A program made the translations under genes and the position numbers. From positions 160,001-224,000 of the forward strand of contig CAWIYV010000014.1 in the NCBI GenBank assembly GCA_963840455.1: 64,000 nucleotides of DNA. Reading direction: 5' to 3'. Below are positions 32,706 to 41,786 of the stretch, in pieces. Positions within the stretch are counted from its first letter, which is position 1; the number at the start of each line of letters is the position of its first letter. The notes beneath the pieces were generated by a model. It was not told where the DNA came from. It worked only from the letters and a program-made list of their open reading frames with translations, and did not search any database. The stretch comes from Nitrospirota bacterium. GTDB lineage: Bacteria; Nitrospirota; UBA9217.

Positions 32706-33727
32706 TGCGGATGCTGCTGGCGCTGGTCCTGTGCATGGCAGGCGTCGCGAACGCGGAAATGCGCAAAGAGGCTGACACCATCTTCCTCTCCGCGCCGAGG
32801 TCCTCGTGGGAGCTGAAAGTGCCTGCCCGAGGCATGGAATTGAAAAGCGAAGAGCGGAACGAAGACGGGAGTGGCGTCTACTACTTGTATCAGAACGCGG
32901 GAACGGGACTGATCTTCTCGCTCTACCTGGAGCCGGCCGGAGAATGCAGGGCCGCCCAGGACTGTCGCGAGATGGCATGGAAACGGCCAAACCCCGCCAT
33001 CCAGGATCCCCGGGAGGTCGAGCGGTTCGATGAGAACGGTTTCGCGGTGATAAAATATGTCGTTCCGAGCTACCAGGGCGCAACGGTAAACCAGCTGAAC
33101 TATTCCGCCCATGCAGTGCGCGACGGCATCTGGGTCGACATCCACCTGTCGAAGTCCGACGCCCGGAGCGAGGACGCGGTCCTGCTTCGCAGTTTTCTCA
33201 AGGGCATTTCCTTCACGAAGAGGGAGCAGGGAACGACCGCTACGAAGAGCTCGGATCGGCGATTCCCCCTGCCCGACCATGGAACTGTCACCATGACGGT
33301 GCCGCCCATCTGGACCGACCAGGTGCGCCAACCGCCCGACCGGCTCCCCCCGACCATTGTGTTCTCTCCTGAGCTGGGCAACGCGTTCAGGATCATGATA
33401 ACGCCGATCTGGCCTGCGAACAAGGACATCCCCGTTCCCTCGGACCGAGATATCCGGTCGAGCGTGGAACAGTCCCTGGAGGGCATCCGCGGCCAGGCAG
33501 TGGAATCGTCGATCCCGGTTCGCGAGCTGAAGCGGGCAGGGGTGCGGGGATACTATTTCTCGGTCACGGATAGGGCGCCGAAGCCCGGCGAGTTCAAGTT
33601 TATGACCCAAGGGGCCGTCGCATCCGGGAGCTTGATCATCACCTTCACAGTGCTTTCGAACGACGGGACGGGGAAGGTCGAAAAGGACGCGATCACCATG
33701 ATCAGCAGCATCAAACACGTGCAGTGA
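32702..33727 (+). CDS. Hypothetical secreted protein
   Basis: Signal peptide ending ANA, GGAGG RBS, overlap coupling to both neighbours. Confidence 0.75.
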   Translation: MMRMLLALVLCMAGVANAEMRKEADTIFLSAPRSSWELKVPARGMELKSEERNEDGSGVYYLYQNAGTGLIFSLYLEPAGECRAAQDCREMAWKRPNPAIQDPREVERFDENGFAVIKYVVPSYQGATVNQLNYSAHAVRDGIWVDIHLSKSDARSEDAVLLRSFLKGISFTKREQGTTATKSSDRRFPLPDHGTVTMTVPPIWTDQVRQPPDRLPPTIVFSPELGNAFRIMITPIWPANKDIPVPSDRDIRSSVEQSLEGIRGQAVESSIPVRELKRAGVRGYYFSVTDRAPKPGEFKFMTQGAVASGSLIITFTVLSNDGTGKVEKDAITMISSIKHVQ

Positions 33728-34368
33728 GCGGAAAGATGAGAAACAAAGGCCGGAGGAGCATACACGCGGCTATTGTCCTGGCCGCGGTCGTTGCCGTGCT
33801 GCTGCTAGTGCTTCAGCTCAAGAATCGCCACCGGGGTGACGAGGCCATCACGATCGATGCTGCCGTCGAAAGGGAGATCGTCGAGAAGGACCGGGCGATC
33901 CTGAGGACGAAGATCGCGGCGGTCTTTCCGCATTGGGTTCAGGCATGGAGGTCAGACGATGACCGCTTCGATCCCGCGGAACTCCAGCGGGACGGACTGG
34001 AGTCCATCGACTTGCTGCTCGATATCCAGGAGGACGAGCCTCACCTGCCGCTTGATGATGAGGCCCTTCGGCCGCTCATCTCCCCGGATGGAACGAAGTA
34101 CATCGAATACGGTGGATACAGCGAAGAGGCGGAGCCTGACTCGGAATTGACCCTCGTTGATACGCTCAAGAAGGAGCGGCGCCGCCTGTTGTTCTACGGT
34201 CCCTCGGTCCGCATCGATGATGCTGCGTGGGCCGATAACGAGACGGTCCTCGCGGTTGGGACGGAAGAGGCGGAGGCAGGACCGCAGAAGACGGCGGTCC
34301 TGCCGCTCGTCTGGATATTCCATCTGCCGCAGCGTCTCGTTTCCACCTACTCGCCGACGCAGCGCTAG
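33724..34368 (+). CDS. Hypothetical membrane-anchored protein
   Basis: N-terminal TM helix; SPDG beta-propeller-like motif. Confidence 0.65.
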   Translation: MSGKMRNKGRRSIHAAIVLAAVVAVLLLVLQLKNRHRGDEAITIDAAVEREIVEKDRAILRTKIAAVFPHWVQAWRSDDDRFDPAELQRDGLESIDLLLDIQEDEPHLPLDDEALRPLISPDGTKYIEYGGYSEEAEPDSELTLVDTLKKERRRLLFYGPSVRIDDAAWADNETVLAVGTEEAEAGPQKTAVLPLVWIFHLPQRLVSTYSPTQR

Positions 34369-35204
34369 GCTCGTTCTTCCTGTTCACGCCGCGGGTCCAG
34401 GAGGGCGAGAACCGCATCGAGCTCCACCGACGTGGGAAGGAACTCCCCCATCCACCGGGCGCAGCGGTTGGCGTTCAGAGGGACCCCCACAACGGGGATC
34501 TCCAGCTTCGTGCACATCCGCATGCCCCGGACCAGTTCGGGAACGCAGGCGATCCCCATCACGCCGAGCCCGCCTTCGTCCTTCTTCAGCTCCCTGAACA
34601 ACGATTTGAGATTCGCCTGCATCCAGATATAGGACTCGACGCCGCGCTGCCGCAGGAGCGTGCTGACCGCGTTTACGTTACAGCGGACCGAGCATCCCTT
34701 GCATGCATAGTCGATGCCCGAGTCAGATGCGCGGCACGCCGCTTCGAGGTCGCGCAAACAGTGGGGGAGGAAAGCAAGCTTCCGGCCAGCCCTCAGGAAC
34801 GCGGGGCCGAACGCCCGGTTCATCAGCTCGATCTCGAGCATAGCGAGGTGATACTGCTCTTCAGTGAAGGAGAGGACGCCGTCGAGGCGCTTCAGGAGGG
34901 AGAGCTCGCGGAGGTGCTGATGGACCGCCTGCGTATAGGGAGACAGGCGTGTGCTGGCGGTCTGAACGAGGAAATGGGCAAACGAAGGACCGTCGCCCGA
35001 GGACAGTCTCCTCGCCAGGCGCGGTCGCTTCCCGAGCCTGCGAACCTCGGCGATGAGGGCCGTGGTGTCCGGCTGGCGCACAAGGCAGGCATCGGCAAGT
35101 TCTCCCACAGCACGATAGTAGCCTTCGGCGGCGTCAGCGGTCCCGAAGAGGGAAAAGGTCTTGCCCGGCACCGGCGGAGCATGGGTCCCATGATAGGTCG
35201 TCAT
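34365..35204 (-). CDS. DUF116-domain protein
   Basis: FLPHCLR, CKGCSVRC, GIACVPEL, GVPL...C. Confidence 0.8.
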   Translation of the reverse strand: MTTYHGTHAPPVPGKTFSLFGTADAAEGYYRAVGELADACLVRQPDTTALIAEVRRLGKRPRLARRLSSGDGPSFAHFLVQTASTRLSPYTQAVHQHLRELSLLKRLDGVLSFTEEQYHLAMLEIELMNRAFGPAFLRAGRKLAFLPHCLRDLEAACRASDSGIDYACKGCSVRCNVNAVSTLLRQRGVESYIWMQANLKSLFRELKKDEGGLGVMGIACVPELVRGMRMCTKLEIPVVGVPLNANRCARWMGEFLPTSVELDAVLALLDPRREQEERA

Positions 35205-35282
35205 GGGACATTATACGACTTCAGAAGACAATTGCGGAGTGCGGATTGCAGAATGCGGAGTGTACAAGAACCTGATCATACA

Positions 35283-35363
35283 TCGTTGCGAGGAGCGCGG
35301 CGGCGAAGCAATCTCGTATTTATCTGCGAGATTGCCACGCTCCCGTCGGTCGCTCGCAATGAC
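35283..35363. repeat. REP/RPE-like palindrome (TTGCGAG...CTCGCAATGAC type)
   Basis: ttgcgag...gaagcaatctcg...cgagattgc...ctcgcaatgac; second copy at 39792. Confidence 0.8.
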
Positions 35364-35376
35364 AGTTTGTAATGAT

Positions 35377-35907
35377 CTATTCCTGCCTGACCGCCGCGAT
35401 ATACGGCAGATTCCGGTACTTCTCCCCGCTGTCCATTCCGTAGCCCACGACGAACCTGTCCGGTATCTCGAAACCCCGGTAGTCGATCGGGACATCGACG
35501 GTCCTGTGCGCGTGTTTGTCCAACAGGACCGCGACCTTGAGGCTGGCAAGGCCCCTCTCCCGGTACCGCTTCAGCAGGAAATCCATGGTGGTGCCGGTGT
35601 CGATAATGCCGTCCACGAGCAGGACGTGCTTTCCGCTGATGTCGGAACCGATGTCCTTCGTCACCGTCACGACCCGGGAGGATACGCTGCCGCTTCCATA
35701 GCTCGAGACCTGGGCGAATTCGAGCATTACCGGGATGGTCAGCCGGCGCGCCAGGTCGGTGAAGAAGATCGCCGCGCCTTTCAGGATGCAGACCAGCAGC
35801 AGGTCCTTCCCGGCATAGTCGCGCGATATCTGCGCGGCAAGCTCGAGGACCGTTCGTTCAATGGCCTGCTCGTCGAAGAGTATTTCGAGGTCATCTTCCC
35901 TGGTCAT
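35377..35907 (-). CDS. hpt: Hypoxanthine phosphoribosyltransferase
   Basis: ILKGA, VSSYG, LLVDGIIDTGTT, FVVGYGMD, YRNLP. Confidence 0.95.
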   Translation of the reverse strand: MTREDDLEILFDEQAIERTVLELAAQISRDYAGKDLLLVCILKGAAIFFTDLARRLTIPVMLEFAQVSSYGSGSVSSRVVTVTKDIGSDISGKHVLLVDGIIDTGTTMDFLLKRYRERGLASLKVAVLLDKHAHRTVDVPIDYRGFEIPDRFVVGYGMDSGEKYRNLPYIAAVRQE

Positions 35908-35928
35908 GCTGTTTCGGCGATGTCGAAG

Positions 35929-36513
35929 CTAAGGGCCGGTACCGCGGGGCCTGGTGCCAGTCTGTCCCGTTGCCAGCGTTGTTGCCGTCGGTAAGGTATA
36001 AACGAACTTCCATTCGTTATAGGCCTTCTTGTTCTCGAAATCCGGATACTGTTCCGGGAATCCCGTCTTCTTGAGCGGCTCTTTATCGCTCTTGCTGTAC
36101 ACACCGGTGATGCGGTTCAACTTCGTTTGGTCGCGCACCACTTCGAAGTCCTCGCCGGTGATGGGGTCCTTGTAGGCCTGCCGGAGGTGCCGCTTGCCCG
36201 TGGGGGTCCTGCTGTCCTTCAAAAGCTCCTCAATGCTCGGTGGATATGCGCTTCTGCCGGGCAGGGCACGGTAATACCGCTCGATTGCCAGCCGGTACTG
36301 CTCTCCCCGGAACAGCAGCTCCTCCTCCTTTTCCCGCTGCATGACGAACGACCAGTACTTTCCCGCGGCTCCCATGCTGATGCCGAGGATGACGATGGCG
36401 ACCAGGAGGGCGACGTAGGTAAAACCAGATGCATTCCGAATTTCGGATTTCGGATTCCGGATTTTTCCCCGCATCAATCCGCAATCCGCATTCCGCAAGA
36501 TGTTTTGATCCAC
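35929..36513 (-). CDS. Type II secretion pseudopilin (GspG-like)
   Basis: Prepilin-like GFTYVALLVAIV, REKEEELLFRG, HLRQAYKDP; leader built from heptamer repeats; start uncertain. Confidence 0.85.
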   Translation of the reverse strand: MDQNILRNADCGLMRGKIRNPKSEIRNASGFTYVALLVAIVILGISMGAAGKYWSFVMQREKEEELLFRGEQYRLAIERYYRALPGRSAYPPSIEELLKDSRTPTGKRHLRQAYKDPITGEDFEVVRDQTKLNRITGVYSKSDKEPLKKTGFPEQYPDFENKKAYNEWKFVYTLPTATTLATGQTGTRPRGTGP

Positions 36514-36515
36514 CT

Positions 36516-36683
36516 CATTCCACCTTCCCCTGGCTCACGAACGCTCCTCCGCACTCCATGAATACCTCGGTCGAGGTTTTCGTTCCGCCGGGCTCCGCCG
36601 GCGGGAACAGGGAGAGGACCTTCTTCGCCTCGCGTTCGGCGATCGATTCGAAGGTGAGCGTCCCGTCCTTGCCGATGAGGGGT
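36516..36683 (-). pseudogene. Orphan 3' gene fragment between gspE and pseudopilin
   Basis: Manual translation PLIGKDGTLTFESIAEREAKKVLSLFPP...QGKVE* with host-like GC3 codons but no start. Confidence 0.45.
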
Positions 36684-36768
36684 CATGAAGGGGTGAAATA
36701 CGTGCTGCTGGTTTTTCCTGACGAGTGTCTGAAGAAGTTTCCGCCTACCTGCTGTCTCCTGATTTTTG

Positions 36769-38490
36769 CTATTCTATGAACGTGACCCGGTTGATCTCCT
36801 TGAGCGTTGTATCACCTTTCAAGACCTTGGTGACGGCCGACTGACGGAGGGTGGTCATGCCCTCTGCGATCGCGGTCTTCCTGATCTCCGACGAGGGGCG
36901 TTTTTCGAGGATCATCTCGCGGATGCGGTCCGACAGGTCGAGAAACTCGGTAATTGCCTTCCTGCCCCGGAAACCCGTGAAGTTGCACTCCTTGCACCCC
37001 GCGGCGTCGGAGAAAGCATGGTTCTGGTACCGGTCCGCGTCCAGGGCGGACTCTTCGAGCTCCTTGCGGGTCAAGCGCACCTGCTTCCGGCACTTGGGGC
37101 AGAGCATGCGCACGAGGCGCTGGGCCAGGATGCAGTTGAGGGACGAGACGAAGTTGTAGGGCTCGATGCCCATGTTCAGGAAGCGGCCGAGCACGTCGAA
37201 GGCGTTGTTGGCGTGGACCGTGGTGAAGACCAGGTGTCCCGTAAGGGCGGACTGGACCGCGATCTGGGCCGTCTCGGCGTCGCGGATCTCGCCGACCATG
37301 ATCTTGTCCGGGTCGTGGCGAAGGATGGACCGGAGGCCGCGGGCGAAGGTGAGGCCCTTCTTCTCGTTCACCGGGATCTGGACCACGCCGCGCAGCTGGT
37401 ACTCCACCGGGTCCTCAATGGTGATCATCTTGTCCTCTCCCGTGTTGATCTCGCTGATCGCGGCATAGAGCGTCGTGGTCTTGCCGCTGCCCGTGGGGCC
37501 CGTGACGAGCACCATGCCATAGGGCTCCCGGATGCTCTTGCGGAAGCGCTTGAGGTCCGTCTCGTCGAAGCCGAGGCTCTCGAGCCGGAGGCTGTTGACG
37601 CCGGCGGTGATGGACTCTTTGTCGAGGATGCGGATCACGATGTCCTCGCCGAACGTCGAGGGCATGATGGAGACGCGGAAGTCGATGGTCTTGGCGCTGG
37701 TGCGGATCTTGAACCGCCCGTCCTGGGGCACGCGGCGCTCGGCGATGTCCAGGTCGCTCATGACCTTGATGCGCGAGACCATGGCGCTGTGGAACTTGAT
37801 GTCGATGGGTTCCGTGGCCGGGTAGAGCACGCCGTCGATGCGGTACTTGATCATCACGTTCCTGTCCGTGGCCTCGATGTGGATGTCACTGGCGCGGCGC
37901 TGGATGGCGTCGAAGATCGTGGTGTGGATGAGCTTGATGATGGGGCTCTCGTCCTTCTCGATGGATTCGAGGGAGAGCACTTCCTCAGCGCCGTCCTCCT
38001 GCTCCTTCACGATGGAGAACTTGAAATCCTCGGAGACTGTCTGGAGCTTTCGCTCCGAGGAACCGCTGCGCTGCAGGGTCTCCTGGATGCCCGAGGTTGT
38101 GCTCACGCAGACCTCGATCGCGCGCTGCAGAAGGAGCTCCAGTTCGTCGATGACCGGGATGTTGTTGGGGTCGGCCAGGGCGACGACCAGCACCTCGCCG
38201 CTGTCCTCCAGGGGGATGAACTGGTAGCGCTGCATGATGTCCATGGGCACGAGCTCGAAGAACGCGGGGTTGATCCGGTGTTCCGCGAGGTCGACGTAGC
38301 GGAGGTCCCGCTGCTCTGCAAGGGACTGGGCGAGCAGCTCCTCGGTGATGAGGCCTTCGGCCAGCAGGATCTCGCCGATGCGCTTCTGGCGGTTGTCTCC
38401 CCGGGCGAGCGCCTCGTTGATGCGGGCCGCGGTGATGACGCCCTTTGCAACGAGGATCTCTCCCAGCCGTTTTCTGCGGAATGACGTCAT
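36769..38490 (-). CDS. gspE: GspE/PulE/PilB-family secretion ATPase
   Basis: RLGEILV N-terminal motif, ASDIHIE, PQDGR, GPTGSGKTT, TIEDPVEY, DPDKIMVGEIRD, CxxC pairs. Confidence 0.93.
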   Translation of the reverse strand: MTSFRRKRLGEILVAKGVITAARINEALARGDNRQKRIGEILLAEGLITEELLAQSLAEQRDLRYVDLAEHRINPAFFELVPMDIMQRYQFIPLEDSGEVLVVALADPNNIPVIDELELLLQRAIEVCVSTTSGIQETLQRSGSSERKLQTVSEDFKFSIVKEQEDGAEEVLSLESIEKDESPIIKLIHTTIFDAIQRRASDIHIEATDRNVMIKYRIDGVLYPATEPIDIKFHSAMVSRIKVMSDLDIAERRVPQDGRFKIRTSAKTIDFRVSIMPSTFGEDIVIRILDKESITAGVNSLRLESLGFDETDLKRFRKSIREPYGMVLVTGPTGSGKTTTLYAAISEINTGEDKMITIEDPVEYQLRGVVQIPVNEKKGLTFARGLRSILRHDPDKIMVGEIRDAETAQIAVQSALTGHLVFTTVHANNAFDVLGRFLNMGIEPYNFVSSLNCILAQRLVRMLCPKCRKQVRLTRKELEESALDADRYQNHAFSDAAGCKECNFTGFRGRKAITEFLDLSDRIREMILEKRPSSEIRKTAIAEGMTTLRQSAVTKVLKGDTTLKEINRVTFIE

Positions 38491-39674
38491 TTCAGTTTCG
38501 CCCCCATTTCAAAGATCGGCAGGTACAGCGCCACGACGATGAACGCGATCACGATGCCCATGATGAGCATGAGCACCGGCTCGATCATGGTCGTGAGGTC
38601 GGTAAGCTTGTTCTCCACTTCCTGCTCGTAGAAATCCGCCACGTCCTCGAGCATCTGCGGGAGGTCTCCCGACGACTCTCCCACCTCGATCATCCGGACG
38701 GTCATGTCCGGCGCCAGCTTTGTCCGGGCGAAGGCGTCGGCGAGGCTCACGCCCTCGGTCAGGAGCTCACGGCTCTCCGTGAGATGCTTCGCGATGACGC
38801 GGTTGCTGATCACGCCGGCCGTGGTCTCCATTGCCTGCACCAGCGGGATACCGCCCCGCAGCACCGTTGCCAGGGTGCGGGTGAGCTGGGCCATGTAGTA
38901 TTGGGTGAGGATCGTCCGCACCAGCGGCACCCTGAGCGTGAGCGCGTCGAGGACCTGCCGGCCGGAAGCGGTCCTCTTCCAGAACGACAGCCCGACGACA
39001 GCGGCAACGAGCCCTGCGCCGAGGAGGGGCGCGGAGGAGACGATGAAAGCGGTGAACGACACAAGCGCCGTGGTCAGCATGGGGAGCTTCGCCTGGTCGC
39101 TGTACATCTGGGTGAAATTGGGGATGATATAGAGGAAGAAGACCGCGAGCACGGCGACGAGCATGAGGACAAGGAAGACCGGATAGATGAGGGCAGAGCG
39201 GACCTTCCGTTTCAGGGCGATCGTCCGTTTCTGGTACGCGATGTACCGCATCAGGACGTCCACGAGTGCGCCGCTCTGCTCGCCTGCCCGGACCGTTGCC
39301 GTGAAGAGGGGCGGGAAAAAGGCAGGGTGGGCGGCCATGGCGTCGGAAAGGGCGGAGCCGCCCTTGACCGCCTCGATGATGCCCGCGAGGGCCGAGCGGT
39401 ACCCCGGCTTCTCCATGCGCTTGTGCAGGATATCCAGGGCCTGCAGGATGGGCAGGCCCGCCTTGATGAGCGTCATGAACTCCTGGTTGAAGAGCAGGAA
39501 GTCCTTCGGGCTCGCGCCGCCGCCCCCGAAAACCGCCTGCTTCTTCTGGACGTCAAGGACCAGATAGCCCCTGGTCTCCAAGGCCTGGCGCACTTCAGCC
39601 ACGGTTGCGGCCGTGAACTCATCGGCAACAGACGTCCCGTCCTCGCGTACGGCCTTGTAGGTGAAGATCGGCAT
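38487..39674 (-). CDS. gspF: GspF/PilC-family inner membrane platform protein
   Basis: AGLPILQAL, GEQSGAL, SALIYP, GESSGDL, IEPVLM, LYLPIF. Confidence 0.92.
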   Translation of the reverse strand: MPIFTYKAVREDGTSVADEFTAATVAEVRQALETRGYLVLDVQKKQAVFGGGGASPKDFLLFNQEFMTLIKAGLPILQALDILHKRMEKPGYRSALAGIIEAVKGGSALSDAMAAHPAFFPPLFTATVRAGEQSGALVDVLMRYIAYQKRTIALKRKVRSALIYPVFLVLMLVAVLAVFFLYIIPNFTQMYSDQAKLPMLTTALVSFTAFIVSSAPLLGAGLVAAVVGLSFWKRTASGRQVLDALTLRVPLVRTILTQYYMAQLTRTLATVLRGGIPLVQAMETTAGVISNRVIAKHLTESRELLTEGVSLADAFARTKLAPDMTVRMIEVGESSGDLPQMLEDVADFYEQEVENKLTDLTTMIEPVLMLIMGIVIAFIVVALYLPIFEMGAKLK

Positions 39675-39791
39675 ACGTATTGATAATACAGAGAAAAGAA
39701 GGCGAAGTCAATGAAGGACGCGGGACTGGACGGTTACCGGTGCAGGTATGTGAAATATTTGTTGCTCTCTTTGCGAGCGGGTCCCTCGTTC

Positions 39792-39916
39792 GTCATTGCG
39801 AGCCGAAGGCGAGGCAATAACTCCCTTTAACTCGGGATAAACTCCGCAATCTCGGTGTTTGCGACATCAACAGACCGGTGATTGCTTCGTCGTAGAAAAA
39901 AGCTCCTCGCAATGCC
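39792..39916. repeat. REP/RPE-like palindrome with internal insert
   Basis: gtcattgcgag...gcaat[insert]...gcaatctc...gattgcttcg...ctcgcaatgcc. Confidence 0.75.
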
Positions 39917-39935
39917 ATCTGAGATTTTCGGCAAA

Positions 39936-40070
39936 CTACAAAGTCCGTCGCCCGGGTTTCTTGCTGGTCTTCTTGGCGCCGCCGGGCCAGCATTTCGGGC
40001 AGGGACCGGCACCGCGGTACTTGTGGCCGCGGCTGCAGGTCTTCCAGCCGCCCCGGTTCGTTCTCAGCAT
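39936..40070 (-). CDS. 44-aa Cys/His small protein (cassette gene)
   Basis: [44 protein letters not shown]; GGAGGAG RBS directly after attC core. Confidence 0.65.
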   Translation of the reverse strand: MLRTNRGGWKTCSRGHKYRGAGPCPKCWPGGAKKTSKKPGRRTL

Positions 40071-40085
40071 GACTGCTCCTCCACA

Positions 40086-40143
40086 GCATAACGCCCGCAT
40101 GAGGAGCGAGGTTTTCGCGACTCACTCGTCGGCGTTGTTGGTT
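40086..40143 (-). other. attC-like integron recombination site
   Basis: Minus strand AACCAAC...GAGTGAGTCGCG-AAAA-CCTCGCTCCTC...GTTATGC, starting at the upstream gene's stop codon. Confidence 0.65.
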
Positions 40144-40409
40144 TAATCTTTGCTGTTTCGTTTCGAAACTACTTTATAAATGAGCAAGCCAATAAAAAGC
40201 GGGGTTACCACAAAGAGATCAAACACGACGCCCCATGAACAAGTGGCAATAGGGCCAAGATTTGAAAATTCCAAATTGAGAAACGAATAGAGTGGCCCGA
40301 TAGGAAAGAAAAAAGCCAAATATCCAACGACGATAAAAATGAACAACGCTACTATGTAAGAGATAACGAGCTTCGGGATGCTCATTTGTATTATGCGATT
40401 AATCATCAT
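40143..40409 (-). CDS. Hypothetical two-TM membrane protein (cassette gene)
   Basis: AT-rich 88-aa ORF whose stop abuts an attC-like site. Confidence 0.6.
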   Translation of the reverse strand: MMINRIIQMSIPKLVISYIVALFIFIVVGYLAFFFPIGPLYSFLNLEFSNLGPIATCSWGVVFDLFVVTPLFIGLLIYKVVSKRNSKD

Positions 40410-40644
40410 CTCTAGTTACGGGCAGTCTCGCTGGCTTTTTTATCAGTCGTGTGTATTTATTTTGGCACTAGGATAGTCTTGAGGTACCGTCAACCAAAGA
40501 ATTGCCAACAAGACCTACATTTGTCCGATAGTCCAGAATATCATCCATCGTTTATCCGCCGGATAGACCATTGCATAAAACAGAGGATCATTTTATCTAA
40601 ATCGTTCGCCTCCTTCTCTCTTGGTTTATTGCGAGATAGCCGTT

Positions 40645-40707
40645 TCATAACATCGAGTTGTTACATCGCCGCGAAGCGCGTCAGCGCGTCCGACCCGTAG
40701 GTTAGGT
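40645..40707 (-). other. attC-like integron recombination site
   Basis: Minus strand ACCTAAC (RYYYAAC)...GCGC-TGAC-GCGC...GTTATGA. Confidence 0.6.
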
Positions 40708-40784
40708 TCATGATATATTGAGCATCATGACTTGATTCGTCGGACCTTTGTTGCCACGTTGTCCATGCGGGGAAGTACGTTCTT

Positions 40785-41232
40785 TTATTTCTTTTCACTG
40801 TCCATTAGTGACTCGATTGATGCAACTTTTTCGTCTCGCTTCAGAAGATAACCAACTTCAGCAGAGCCCGGGGCTCCTCGCTTGACCTCTTTATAATCTC
40901 GTCTGATATTCGGGAATTGATTCGCTTGTGGTTCCACAAGCCTCGCCTGGACGAACACATTATTATAAAAATACAACACAACATCTTTCTCTACGGTAAA
41001 TGCGTATCTACGAGCTTCGAACTCATCTGGTGTCCCTTTTAGTCCGTATACAACCTTTTTAGGTGTGCCGCATATATGTTCAGCCTGGGATATAACATCA
41101 TCTTTTGGAGCTCCGATCATTAATGCTGCAGTATGAGTAAATCCAGGCATCCTTTCAACTGCCGGTGCGCATCCAATCAAGATCTGGCCGACAGTAATTG
41201 CGAATAATGTGCAAGTCGTAATTCCATTTCAT
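40785..41232 (-). CDS. Hypothetical lipoprotein (cassette gene), start apparently frameshifted
   Basis: In-frame hydrophobic stretch ITTCTLFAITVGQILIG-C; the ATG with GAGG RBS at 41232 is one base out of frame. Confidence 0.55.
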
Positions 41233-41464
41233 ATCATATCCTCAGCATCTTCAAGGGCTTAACAAGTAGATTGAGTAGTTTTCCCGGTTTCTCCGGAAAT
41301 CTGAACCTGTTCAAAGCACTATGTTCAAGGTAGCGGTGGAAAGTGCTTATTAATCAAGGTTCGACCCGTCGGCCAACATACCATTTTCATACATGAGGAC
41401 TTTTCGGCCAACATCACTGTTTACTTAGTACACACGATCGGGTTTCCGCGCTGCTCGATCCTGC

Positions 41465-41728
41465 CTACGACTTACCTGCCCGTTTCGGACGATATGCCAT
41501 CTTCATATACCGGTCACCACGGGCAAGTTCATCGAGCATCTGGGCAAGCCGCCGTTGACGGGTCGGTTCGAGCTTTGCCCGGATGATCCAGCCGACGTAA
41601 TCGTTCTGCTGGTACGGAGGTCGCTCCCGATAGGCGCTCATGAGCTTGTTCCTGACCAGAGCAGCTCGCACGAAGGCCGGCATGGCGTGGCGCGGTCGTT
41701 CGAGGCGCGATGTCTGCGGTTTCTTCAT
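41465..41728 (-). CDS. YdeI/OmpD-associated family protein
   Basis: MPAFVRAAL...YRERPPYQQNDYVGWIIRAK...TRQRRLAQMLDEL. Confidence 0.85.
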   Translation of the reverse strand: MKKPQTSRLERPRHAMPAFVRAALVRNKLMSAYRERPPYQQNDYVGWIIRAKLEPTRQRRLAQMLDELARGDRYMKMAYRPKRAGKS

Positions 41729-41786
41729 GGGTCGTATTCTGCCAGATGATCAGCCCTATCGCCGGTGGTGTTCGTACGGCGATATA

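Noticed and set aside
40449-40700. 83-aa plus-strand ORF in the cassette region
   Set aside because: Opposite to cassette orientation, overlaps an attC-like site, no RBS
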